Assembly: GCF_006345805.1 (NCBI RefSeq)
Contig: NC_043006.1
Coordinates: forward strand, 18,414,001-18,478,000
Direction: 5' to 3'
DNA: 64,000 nt
DNA from: Octopus sinensis
Taxonomy: Eukaryota
In this document: piece by piece, positions 26,371 through 37,770 of the stretch
How the letters are laid out: each line of letters starts with the position of its first letter
How positions within the stretch are numbered: the first letter of the stretch is position 1
Made by a program: the position numbers and the translations under genes
The notes under the pieces: model-generated
Seen by the model: only the letters and a program-made list of their open reading frames with translations
The model's database searches: none
Told to the model about the DNA's origin: nothing

Positions 26371-26772
26371 AGGCGCAGGAGTGGCTGTGTGGTAAGTAGC
26401 TTGCTAACCAACCACATGGTTCTGGGTTCAGTACCACTGTGTGGCATCTTGGGCAAGTGTCTTCTGCTATAGCCCCGGGCCGACCAATGCCTTGTGAGTG
26501 GATTTGGTAGATGGAAACTGAAAGAAGCCTGTTGTATATATGTATATATATATGTATGTGTGTGTGTGTTTGTCCCCCTAGCATTGCTTGACAACCGATG
26601 CTGGTGTGTTTACGTCCCCGTCACTTAGCGGTTCAGCAAAAGAGACCGATAGAATAAGTACTGGGCTTACAAAGGATAAGTCCCGGGGTTGATTTGCTTG
26701 ACTAAAGGCGGTGCTCCAGCATGGCCGCAGTCAAATGACTGAAGCAAGTAAAAGAGTAAAGAGTAAAGAGAG
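26371..26772 (+). mobile_element. SINE-B
   Basis: Full consensus. Confidence 0.9.
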
Positions 26773-26844
26773 ATCATATATCTGAAAAAAAAAAGCATGC
26801 TCTATGCATTAGAGCAATAATGTATTTACAGGAAGTTAATTATA

Positions 26845-26907
26845 TTGAGTGACCAATGGTTTCACATCTATAAAGTGCTTAGATTTATAGATGGCTTGTC
26901 AGACTCG
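26845..26907 (-). ncRNA. Type I hammerhead fold (mirror copy on + strand 26954-27278, SINE-interrupted)
   Basis: Helix I gagt/actc, core CTGACAA, helix II including atctataaa/tttatagat, GAAA, helix III acca-t-tggt, GUC triplet. Confidence 0.65.
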
Positions 26908-27016
26908 TATGCCCATGGGTACATAATCCACTAGGTTATATGCTTGCAGCTATTTGAGTCCAATGAGCTGTCTATAATGCTAAACACTTTATGGATGCGA
27001 AACAATTAAATATAAA

Positions 27017-27246
27017 GGCAGTGAGCTGGCAGATTCATTAGTACACCAGGCGAAATGCTTTGCGGTATTTCGTCCGCCGCTGCGTTCTGAGTTCAAATTT
27101 CGCCGAGGTCGACTTTGCCTTTCATCCTTTCGGGGTCGATAAATTAAGTACCAGTTACGCACTGGGGTTAATGTAATTGACTTAATCCGTTTGTCTGTCC
27201 TTGTTTGTCTCCTCTGTGTTTAGCTCCTTGTGGGTAGTAAAGAGAT
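27017..27246 (+). mobile_element. SINE-A inserted into a hammerhead-bearing arm
   Basis: Duplicated flank actttat(g/a)gatgcgaaac at 26986-27003 and 27247-27264. Confidence 0.9.
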
Positions 27247-27477
27247 ACTTTATAGATGCGAAACCATTGGTCACTCAATGACTGGCCATATAATTAACTT
27301 CCCATAAATACATTACTGTTCTAACAAATAGAGTGTGCTTCGTTTGGATATATGATCTACTGATGATCCATTGTGCACCCCAGACACAGAGTGTTTTACA
27401 AAAGACCACCATGTGGTTTTTATTTAAAAGCTGTACCACCAGCTGCACACATCTACATAGTCATGAAAGGCATTATA

Positions 27478-27862
27478 TCTTTACATATAAAAGTGAAGTT
27501 GTGTGTCTGTCTCCTATGATTTAGATTCCTAACTACTCCCATATTTTGCGGTGCAGTGTAACCAAAAGCGGGTATCTTATAGTCATGATTCATATCGAGC
27601 CCTTCTGGGTATTAGCGCGCGTCTATGATTTAAAAAAAAATTTACCATCATTTTTTCCCATTTTTAATGCATTGTTTTGCTATTATATAAGGGAAGTAAC
27701 TCTCTAAAAATGTATTATTAAATCTCAGAACGTAAAAAGCTACAGTAACACCCCCCTTTTGTGGTCAGCCATATTGAGATGGCTATTATACTTTACATCT
27801 CTAAAAATGCTTATATAGTTATTTCCTTTACAAACCCGAGTAACGCCGGGCGATACTGCTAG
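27478..27862 (+). mobile_element. Non-autonomous Helitron (same family)
   Basis: A|TC start, cccgagtaacgccggg hairpin, CTAG|T end. Confidence 0.85.
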
Positions 27863-28139
27863 TCTTGGATAATTTGGAGCTATCTAATTATCCTGCAGAA
27901 GAATAACATTGTGATTGTAAGAGTTGTGTAAGTGTAAAATGTGGTAGTTTAGCTAGTTGACACGAGTTCATATTTTGAGTCCGTCAATATATGTATATTG
28001 TACTCTAGTTGATGTGGAATGAGTAAATGACATGGCAAATTACGAAAGAGATGAATACAAAAATATTTCTACATGGATGATAGAGTGAGGAGAATATACA
28101 CTCATAGATTTAATAGTGTAAAAAGATTTGATCGAGGTC

Positions 28140-28342
28140 ATTGCCAGTACTGCCTGACTGGCTCCCATGCCGGTGGCATGTTAAAAGCACCCACTACACT
28201 CTCGGAGTGGTTGGTGTTAGGAAGGGCATCCAGCTGTAGAAACACTGCCAGATCAAGATTGGAGCCTGGTGCAGCCATCTGGTTCGCCAGTCCTCAGTCA
28301 AAATCGTCCAACCCATGCTAGCATGGAAAGCGGACGTTAAAC

Positions 28343-28372
<30 letters not shown>
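28140..28372 (+). mobile_element. RTE LINE 3' end fragment
   Basis: Consensus tail plus (gat)n. Confidence 0.85.
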
Positions 28373-28374
<2 letters not shown>

Positions 28375-29107
28375 GGTTCGAAAGTCCAAGACAGTTACCA
28401 AAAGGCTGGAGGATACTCTGAATAAAATATGACTATAGTCAAAATAATCTGAAGATATCTACATATAATGGTTGTAGTTCTTTAGTCAATTTTGACTACC
28501 AAATGCAACAAAATCAAATCTTTTGTATCTTAAACTTTATTTGATAAAATAAATAATAATTAGTAAGGTTTTCAAAGTACTTGATATCATCCTCAACCAA
28601 AGAATTGTCTCAGTGGTTTAATTTACTCTGAAGTAACTTGATCGTATCTTACGTTCCTTTCTACTCCTTTCTACTTTTCTACTATTGGCACAAAACCTGA
28701 AATTTTGCGAGATGGGCATAGTCAGTTACTTTAACCTCAGTGTTCAACTGGTACTTTTTTTTTATTGATTCCAAAAATATGAAAGGCAAACTTGACCTCA
28801 GCAGCATTTGAACTCAGAATGTGAAGACAAACATTTTCAACAAAGTTTAATTGTTTTCCTGCCAAAAATGTCAACTCTTAACATCATGAATGATATGAAT
28901 TTTACACAGGTCTCTTCTTCAATTTGCACTTGGATTCTTTTTCAATTAGAAGGTTTTAGTAATTAAAAAAACAGGATCTTTCAAATGGAGTGATGATGTA
29001 ATGAAAAATCTAACCAATGACATCCAATAACTACACCTTAACTGCTTTCATTGACATTAGCAAAAAATTGCAATGAATCCAAAATTGTTGACTGAAAATC
29101 AGTCAAA

Positions 29108-29277
29108 CCCTTTAGTATTCAGATTATTCTGTCAAATGTAATGCTTGTTTTGAATTAATCATGCATTATCTCATAGCTTTGAGATTTTGATGATGTGATT
29201 GCTTATTTTAAAAATGACACTCTAGAGTAGGTGGTAGAATATTTTGGCTGGATATGGCCAGTTTAAATGCTACAGGG
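29108..29277. mobile_element. MITE, shorter degenerate copy of the 45538 family
   Basis: ccctttagtattcagattattctg ... tacaggg|ttaa, with shared internal sequence. Confidence 0.7.
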
Positions 29278-30266
29278 TTAAGTTTAACATAGGTTATAAA
29301 AAGAGAAGTGAAGAACAAGCAAAATGTCAAAGCAACACAGTCATGGATGGAGCTGGACAAATGGACAGAAGAGAAATGCACTCAAGCATTAAGGAAGGTT
29401 AAATTGACTATCAGTTGTTGTTTGACATGAATATTCTACATCACCCAACAATTAAAATACTACTAACTTAACAGTTGGCCATTGCAGGAGACACTGAAAT
29501 TCATTCACTCACTCCCGTCTCTCTCTGTATCTGTCTCTATATCTCTCTTTCTTTGGCACGCAAGCACAAAGCATTACTAAATTACTAAGACAAGTACAAC
29601 ATTCTCTTACAGAATCAGTCCATGATGTTAATTGCATTTTCCCAAATCTATTCTGGTAATTTGTTCTCTTGGGATAGATGTATCCATTATCAATAATTAA
29701 CTACTGATGAATTTAAATGACAGACTACTTTAAGTTTCCTTTGGAACTTTTCATCATTGTTAAAGTAATTTTGTTGTTAAAAATCCTTCTAACAGTAAAT
29801 GTTTATGTCAGTTCTACTCCACATGGAAGTGCTTGAATCAAACTACTTTTCTTTATATTTGTTTTGAAGGAAGTCAGTAACTTTCTAATTTAAGGATGAA
29901 AACTTTAGTACTTTTCTCCATCATTTATTTATATTCAATAGTAGTCACTATTCAAATCAATGCACATGATGCTGAAGCTTTGAAATTTATTCTTTGGACT
30001 TGATTATTGAAACTTTTATGCAGTCTTGGGTAGATTGCTTCTGGAAGGTGTAACTCTGCATATTTATAAATGATGAAAGTTGCAAATATGTCAGAGAAAA
30101 ACTTGCTTTTTGTTTGGGAAGTTTGTATGTCCAAGTCTGTTATTTTTAATATGTTATTAATATCTCTTTTTTCTCTTTGTTTAGTTAGTGCATGTTTCTT
30201 AGTTATTACTATTATTGTGTGGACGCCCTCAGATGATGAAGTAGGCTAGTCCAATACGTAGATATA

Positions 30267-30497
30267 TATTTCTTTATTACCCACAAGGGGCTAAACATAG
30301 AGGGGACAAACAAGGACAGACAAAGGGATTAAGTCGATTACATCGACCCCCCAGTGCGAAACTGGTACTTTATTTATTGACCCCGAAAGGATGAAAAGCA
30401 AAGTCGACCTTGGCGGAATTTGAACCCAGAACCTAACGGCAAACGAAATACGGCTACGCATTTCGCCCGGCGTGCTAACGTTTCTGCCAGCTCACCC
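30267..30497 (-). mobile_element. SINE-A
   Basis: Full reverse-complement consensus. Confidence 0.9.
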
Positions 30498-31163
30498 TCC
30501 AATATGTAGATATAGAAGAACAGAGCAGAGAGCAGGGTTGGGTAGAAGGCATCCGAACGTGCGATATAACAGTGTTGATGAGGATTTCATAGAACACACA
30601 GCTACTGTGTAGTATTGCGACAAAACAGTGGCGACGAGGATTTTGTAGCTCACACAGCCACTGTGTAATATTGCGACATAACAACTATGTAATTAATTAA
30701 TAATCATACATGCACAACATTATTTTCAGCCCAAACGACTATTTACATTTGTTCTATTGCTAATAATGCCAATTTTCATGAAAATCAAATTACCAGTAAA
30801 TACACTATAAACATTTAAATAAACAAGCTAATTTTAAGTTATTTTCTGCTCAATAATCAGAGGATTGATTAGAACATTTTCATCTGGCTAACAATTAAAC
30901 ATTGCTTTTCTTATAGTATGGTTCTCCAAAGGTTATCAAATTAATAAGTCTTCTTCATAAAACACCACCATCACCAGTTTTACACTTTGTGTCTACTTTT
31001 CATTCATTAGCCAAATATAGCATGCAAATAAATACAAATATAGCATACAAACACCAGAAAAAACTGCTAAAACAAAAATGTTTGTTGACTCGTCCATTTG
31101 AAAAGAAACTGTTACATACATTTTGACCCAGTTTTATTACGTTAGTTTCAGAAGAATTAGATA

Positions 31164-32433
31164 CGAGGGGCGTTCAATAAGTAATGCCCCTGACCCACTT
31201 CCCATAGCAATAGAGCAACGACACTTGGCACAGTTATTAGTCTTTTCCTACATATGAACTACCCAGAGTTATGCATTTCTCCCATCGTTTGATACATCTC
31301 TGGAGACCGTTTTTGTAGAAGACCCCAGCTTGGTCCTCCAACCACGACGTGACTTCAGAAATCAAGGCTGCATCATCTGGGAAACGCTTTCTTTTCAAAA
31401 TCAACTTCGTGGCTGGGAAGAGGTGAAAATCAGAGGGTGCAAGGGGAGGAGTTCATAGCTGCATGCCTGTGCTTCTGATCTGGTGACACGCGAGTTGTGG
31501 ACCGGAGCGTTGTCCTGCAGGAGGAGGATGCCTTTGCTGATCTTGCCCCGCCTCTTGATTTTGATAGCTTCTCTTAATTTCCTCAAAAGTGAAGCATAAT
31601 AGGCTCCTATAATTGTGGTACCCTTTGCCAGGAAATCTGTCATCACTACTCCGTCCTGGTCCCAGAAGACTGTGAGCATAACCTTGTCAGCGGAGGGCTG
31701 CACCCTTGCCTTCTTTGGAGGAGGTGAGTCACGGTGCTTTCACTGCATTGACTGGGCTTTGGTCTATGGATCATAGTGATGGACCCAGGTTTTATCCTGT
31801 GTGATCAGTCTTTTGGAAAATTTTGACTCATCTTCTTGGCACATCTCCAAATTCATCCTCGGGCACTCAACGCGTTCTTGCTTCTGGAAAGGTGTGAGCA
31901 ACCTGGAAATCCATCTGGCAGACACCTTTTACATATGCAAATGGTCATGAATGATAGTTTCCACAGACCCGGTACTAATCTTGACCTTATGGGCTATTTG
32001 GCGAATAGTTATGCATTGACCTTCCAAAATGCCAGCCTCAACTTGACGGACAGACGTCTCATCAATGGCAGAAGGGGGAGACCAGATCTGGGAGCTGTTT
32101 CCACAGAGTTCCGACTATGTTTGAATTCACAATGCCAGCGTTTTACAAGGTCATATGATGGGGCATCATCACCATAAGTTACTTTCATTTCATCAAAAGT
32201 CTCCCGTGGTGTGCGTCCTTTCAAATACAAAAACCAGATCACTGCTCGACACTCAACAGGCTCCATTTCACACTTGACTCAGTTCAAACGCCTGTAAATC
32301 AGAAACCACAATTAGTTCAGAGCTGTAATTCGCCACTTAATCTATAGAGGTATAAATAAGTGCACATGCAAAATTTCAGCTAGATCAAACAACTGCAAGT
32401 GGGTCAGGGGCATTACTTATTGAACGCCCCTCG
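31164..32433 (-). mobile_element. Full-length decayed mariner (Tc1/mariner) DNA transposon
   Basis: Matching TIRs cgaggggcgttcaataagtaatgcccctgacccactt at both ends with TA on each side. Minus-strand frameshifted transposase: CRAVIWFLYLKG..., KVMLTVFWDQDGVV, LLQDNAPVH. Confidence 0.95.
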
Positions 32434-32599
32434 TATTTTATGAATATGTCTTGAAACCATCTCTTTAGAAAGTAGTAAGCTAATTGATAACCAATGCTAC
32501 ATGAAACAAGTTTTATTTATATATTTCATTAATTTACAAGCTTATTATATTTGATCTATCACTTTAAGAACCAGACTATCAGATGTCTTTTTACTTTGC

Positions 32600-32930
32600 T
32601 GGTTACACACTTTATTCTTTCCTCTTCCATTTGGACCTAGATTTTTTTCCAATGTCTCATCTTCCCATTGTCTTGGAAGTCTTCCAAATGGTCCCTTTTA
32701 ATCTCTGGGATACTATTCAAAGACTGCATGTGTCCATGTTTTGTCTGTGAGTCTTGTAACATGTTTAGTCCGATGGAATTTTTGCTTTTGATATTTTGCA
32801 ATCACATTGTTCACTGCATTTCAGTTGTGGTTTACCTCGTTTCAGATATACTCCCACCATGTTTGTTGCATGAATCTTTCTTTCTATAGTCCCTTGTATC
32901 ATAGATAGTTACTGTTCTTCCTTCTTTTTT
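32600..32930 (-). mobile_element. Decayed RTE-like RT C-terminal fragment
   Basis: Minus-strand WTHAVFE*YPRD*KGPFGRLPRQWED resembles the RTE WT..v.eWyP...R..GRP..RW pattern. Confidence 0.5.
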
Positions 32931-32963
32931 ATTAGTCCATGTCTCACTTGTATATTAATGCTC

Positions 32964-33182
32964 TGGCAGAAACGTTAGTATGCTGGGCGAAATGCGTAGC
33001 GGTATTTCGTCTGTTATTACGTTCCGAGTTCAAATTCTGCCGAGGACAACTTTGCCTTTCATCCTTTCAGGGTCGATAAATTAAGTACCAGTTACGTCTG
33101 GAGTCGATGTAATCGACTTAATCCCTTTGTCTGTCCTTGTTCGTCCCCTCTGTGTTTAGCCCCTTGTGGATAATAAAGAAAT
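32964..33182 (+). mobile_element. SINE-A
   Basis: TSD atattaatgctc (32952-32963, 33183-33194). Confidence 0.9.
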
Positions 33183-33399
33183 ATATTAATGCTCAGGTAG
33201 TACAGTGCTATTGAAGAAATTAGCATGCAGGATCTTGACCAGCTGTGTTTTGAATACATCTTTAATCTAGGCTAACACCTACCCAACTCTTACTCTGTAG
33301 GAGATTTCTGATTACTTTGATTCACTTCCAAACATTTACTTCTAAAATATTCTTCACTCAAATTATTAAGAATGTGGATATGCTGTGACTAAATGTCAC

Positions 33400-34330
33400 T
33401 TTTGTTTATCTGGATTAAAAGTGCTGTTTCTTAAAACCATTCCACATTCGTTTCATAGTCTGCTCTGTTCTGTTTTATCAACTGTCTAGATCAAACTGTG
33501 TATCGTTAGGGAAGTACTTGTCATGCTCCTCTAAGTATGCTTATATCTGTTCTTTCAGTTTAGCAAGATGAGCTTCAATGATATGAACTTTCTGGAATAT
33601 TTTGCAACCCATTCTAATGTAGTCCTTCATTAATGCCTCAACTAGTATCAACAAGCCCTAATTAACTGCAACAAAGTTGTCCCAATTTGCTTTTTTTCCT
33701 TTCTGTTGGGGAATGGTGTTTATTCCAAGATCTTTACCTGTGGTTTGAAAAAGACTCCTGCTTTGACCTTTCCTTTAGATATCTTAGGGAAGAAATCATG
33801 AAGGTACTCAAAAGCTGCAGACTTCTTGTTAAGACTTGAGACAAATTGTTACAAAAGAACCAATGTTATGTGCATTGGTGGGAACAATACCTTCTAGGCT
33901 CACACTTGATATTGTTCCTTCCCAGAGAGAACCTGGTCTGTTGTTACTAGTGCCATCTGTAATAGTTGGCAGCAGCAGTATCCCTGTCATCACAAAGACA
34001 GTAAAAGCAAGGAAAGTTAGTAAAGCCACTTTGGCAACCTATCAGGGGCGCAGCATGGAGATTGTAAAGTATTTTGGCAAATGAAGTTATTGGATCAATA
34101 GCAAATGTCACCAGCAACTGAGTGGATGAACAGGTAACAAACTATCAACAACCAAGCTCATCCAGTTCAGTTAGTGAACTACTGTTATCACGTTTAGTTG
34201 TGGCATGGACAGATGAGGAATTTCAGCTAGCAAAAGACCAATATGACTAAAATCCAAGCAATGAGTTCATGCTGCATTGCTTGACTGGAATACCTAGCAA
34301 AAAGAGATACATTGGTCTGCACAAGTTGTC
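33400..34330 (-). mobile_element. Chapaev-like (CMC) DNA transposase remnant
   Basis: Minus-strand translation PMHITLVLL*QFVSSLNKKSAAFEYLHDFFPKISKGKVKAGVFFKPQ resembles the recalled PLHIKLGLMKxFVKAL...KxKxGxFxGPQ block. Multiple stops. Confidence 0.65.
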
Positions 34331-35131
34331 TAAGTGGAGAAAGAGGAAGAGAAGGGCGGTGGCAGTGGCAATGATGATAATGCATTTTAGAAATGCAATA
34401 AAGAAATAACATTACACAGGTGTCTTGCAAACAACTTGCACATGCAAGTGCTACCAGTTAAAAGCTCCGTATATCGGAAGCTAGCAAGTGTATGGGGTCA
34501 TCAGGAGAGAATGCATGCCGTTTCGAGGCCTACCTCTCAACGGCATCAATGCGCACCGGCCCCCCCTCACTGATATGAGGCCCCGCTTGCTAGAGCAGCT
34601 GGTTATGAAGAACTCATTATACTTCTAGCCATCGCTCATCGTCTCTTTTTAACCAAATCCAGTGGCTAGCCTTCTCCACTGTAGATTGGATATCAGTCAT
34701 GGTGGTATTGACTTTACGATAAGTTAGGCCTAGCGATAACAACAGTTGTCTCACGCTGTGTCCTACAAACCCTCTACATCCGACTTCGATAGGAAAATGT
34801 TACATTTTGTTACATAATTCAATTATCCAAAGAATTTATCTTCAGTCTGTGAAATCTAACAAAGCTTACTGAACTATGAACACCAATATTGTGGACTACT
34901 TTTAATGGCTACTTTACTTCTATTATTGTTAAACAGAAAGCATTTGTAAGTTATCATATAATATTAGCTTCAATTGTCAAGTCTCTCCAGTTTCCAGTTT
35001 AGCAGACTGCATGCAGAAGGTAGAAATAATATTCATAAATGAAAACTAACGGTGACCAGTGAATAGATTTCACTGTAAATATATATATTTGTGAAGGCTT
35101 GGCAGTTATCTCAACTAGCAGGACTTGCTAC

Positions 35132-35176
35132 CCTGGACTGATGACGAGCAAGACTCAGAATATGCATGTCTTCAGG
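35132..35176 (+). ncRNA. Decayed solitary type I hammerhead fold
   Basis: Helix I cctgga/ttcagg (extendable ggact/agtcc), CTGATGA, helix II gag-caaga-ctc, GAAT in place of GAAA, palindromic atgcat helix III, GUC. Confidence 0.5.
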
Positions 35177-35811
35177 TGCTAGTCCCAGCTGGTGGGGGTG
35201 CTTGCCTCCCCATCGCAAATATAAGGACTCAGGAAATGTGTCAAAGCTGACAGGAAGCGTCGATGCTTCCTAGGGCTAAATAGCAGTGGTGTAATTCCCT
35301 TTACGGGACTGTCACGTTATGTTGACAGTATACAACCACTCGAAAACTAAGTAATTATTATTAAAGTGGAAGTTACTAAGAAGATTTTGTATCAATCTAC
35401 ATTATATTAATCTACATTAATGGCGGTGCCCCAGCATGGCCACAGCTCGTGAGCTGAAACTAGATAAAATAAATAAAATGAAAATAAATATCAGTGTAGC
35501 TGTGTAACAAGAAGTATATACTGTACAGTAACATTATTTTCTTTCATCAGCACATATGGCTCTGTATATATGTATGTAGGTGTAGGTATCTATGCATGGA
35601 TGTGTGTGTGTGTGTGTGTATAAGTAGTTATATATGCAGAGATGATCCACATGTGTATGTGTATGTGTGGTAAAATGTTTACTTTCCAAGCACATGGTTT
35701 CAGGTCCAGTCCCAATGCATGGCCTCTTGGGTAAGTGTCTTCGGCTATAGCCTCAGGCCAATCAAAGCATTGTGAGTGGATTTGGTAGACGGAAACTGAA
35801 AGAAGCCTGTC

Positions 35812-35916
35812 GTGTATGTATGTATGTATGTATGTATGTATGTATGTAGGTATGTAGGTATGTATGTATGTATGTGTGTGTGTATGTATGTATGTATGTA
35901 TGTATGTATGTATGTA

Positions 35917-35949
<33 letters not shown>

Positions 35950-36134
35950 ATGTATGTGTGTGTATGTATGTATGTATGTATGTATGTATGTGTGTGTGTA
36001 TGTATGTATGTGTGTGTGTATGTATGTATGTATGTATGTATGTATGCTTGTGTGTGTGTGTATGTATGTATGTATGTATGTGTGTGTATGTGTGTATGTG
36101 TGTATGTATGTGTGTGTGTATGTGTGTATGTATG

Positions 36135-36183
<49 letters not shown>
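35812..36183. repeat. (TATG)n/(TG)n microsatellite
   Basis: Direct reading. Confidence 0.95.
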
Positions 36184-36185
<2 letters not shown>

Positions 36186-36187
36186 AT

Positions 36188-36572
36188 TCTTATATTCATT
36201 TACTTGTTTCAGTCATTTGACTGTGGCCATGCTAGAGCACTGCCTTAAAAGAAATCAAACCCAGGACATATTCTTTGTAAGGCTAGTACTTATTTCATTG
36301 GCGTCGTTTGCTGAACTGCTAAGTTACAGGGACATAAACGTACCAGCATCAGTTGTCAAGTGATGGCAGGGGTACAAATACAGACACTCACGCACATAAA
36401 TATATACATCTATATCTGCATATATACGATGGGCTTCTTTCAGTTTCCATCTACCAAATCGCAAGGATTTGGTTGGCCCAAAGCTATAGTAAAAAAAAAC
36501 ACTTGCCCAAGGTACCACAGTGTGAGATTGAACCTGGAGCCATGTGGTTAGGAAGTATGCTTCTTGCCACAC
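36188..36572 (-). mobile_element. SINE-B (diverged)
   Basis: Reverse-complement consensus with substitutions. Confidence 0.75.
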
Positions 36573-36782
36573 ACATATATGTAGATAGAATGTATGTGTT
36601 TATGTATGGATGGCTGCATTGATGGATGGATGTTTGCATGTAGCTATTTATATGAACGTCTGATAATTAATTGACTGGTTAATGAGTGTAAAGCACTGAG
36701 TATGGTAGTGGTGAGAGGTAAGAGAATGAGTGAGAAAGTCAATATGAGATGGGAGAGAGTTGTTGGATGAAAATAAGGTATA

Positions 36783-37193
36783 AGGCGCAGGAGTGGTTGT
36801 GTGGTAAGTAGCTTGCTTACCAACCACATGGTTCCAAGTTCAGTCCCACTGTGAAGCACCTTGGGCAAGTGTCTTCTACTATAGCCTCGGGCCGACCAAA
36901 GCCTTGTGAGTGGATTTGGTAGATGGAAACTGGAAGAAGTCCATCGTATATATGTATATATATATGTATGTGTGTGTATATATTTGTGTGTCTGTGTTTG
37001 TTCCCCCAACATCGCTTGACAACCGATGCTGGTGTGTTTACGTCCCCATAACTTAGCGGTTCGGCAAAAGAGCCTGATAGAATAAGTACTAGGCTTTCAA
37101 AGAATAAGTCGAGAGGTCGATTTGCTCGACTAAAGGTGGTGCTCCAGCATGGCCACAGTCAAATTACTGAAACAAATAAAAGAGTAAAAGAGT
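36783..37193 (+). mobile_element. SINE-B
   Basis: Full consensus. Confidence 0.9.
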
Positions 37194-37770
37194 ATATTCT
37201 ATGTGCGTATGTGTGTGTATTGATACAACAGCAGACTACATGTATCTATATGTGTACAAACTTCTGTGTGTAACAGCAGGAATAGTAGTGTGGTTAAGAA
37301 GTTCACTTCCAAACCATTTGGGTTTGGGTTCAGTCCTATGGCGTGGTATTTTTGGTATGTGTTTTCTACTGTAGTCGTGGGCCCACCAAACCTTGTGAAA
37401 GGATTTGATTGTCAGAAACCAAAAGAAGTTTGTTGTATACTTGTATGTGTGTGTGTGTGTTTGTGTGTGTTTGTGTGTATGCCTGTATTTGTGTGTGTGT
37501 TTGTTTGTTTACATTCGTGCTCTCTTAAACTTATGTAAACTATGAATGCTGTTATTGTTACTTCTGACAACAAATCAATTGCTTGCTTTTGCTTTTAAAG
37601 CTGTGAGAAATAAGACACATCCCTCATTGAAAAACTAGTGAGGGTTGTCACAGAAAAGGCATCTTCTTGTAAAACAATGCCCTGATAATATGTTTTTCGA
37701 ACCCATGTTCACATGGGAAAAAAATGACAATGACTTAAAAAGAAAAATGAATATATCATATATGTATATA

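Noticed and set aside
29600-30200. Minus-strand ORF 29952-30134 and adjacent coding-like sequence
   Set aside because: No splice sites or motifs recognised; possibly a very old TE, but I cannot classify it.
30220-30262. cagatgatgaag...aatacgtag as a hammerhead relic
   Set aside because: Both core motifs are broken and the helices are unconvincing.
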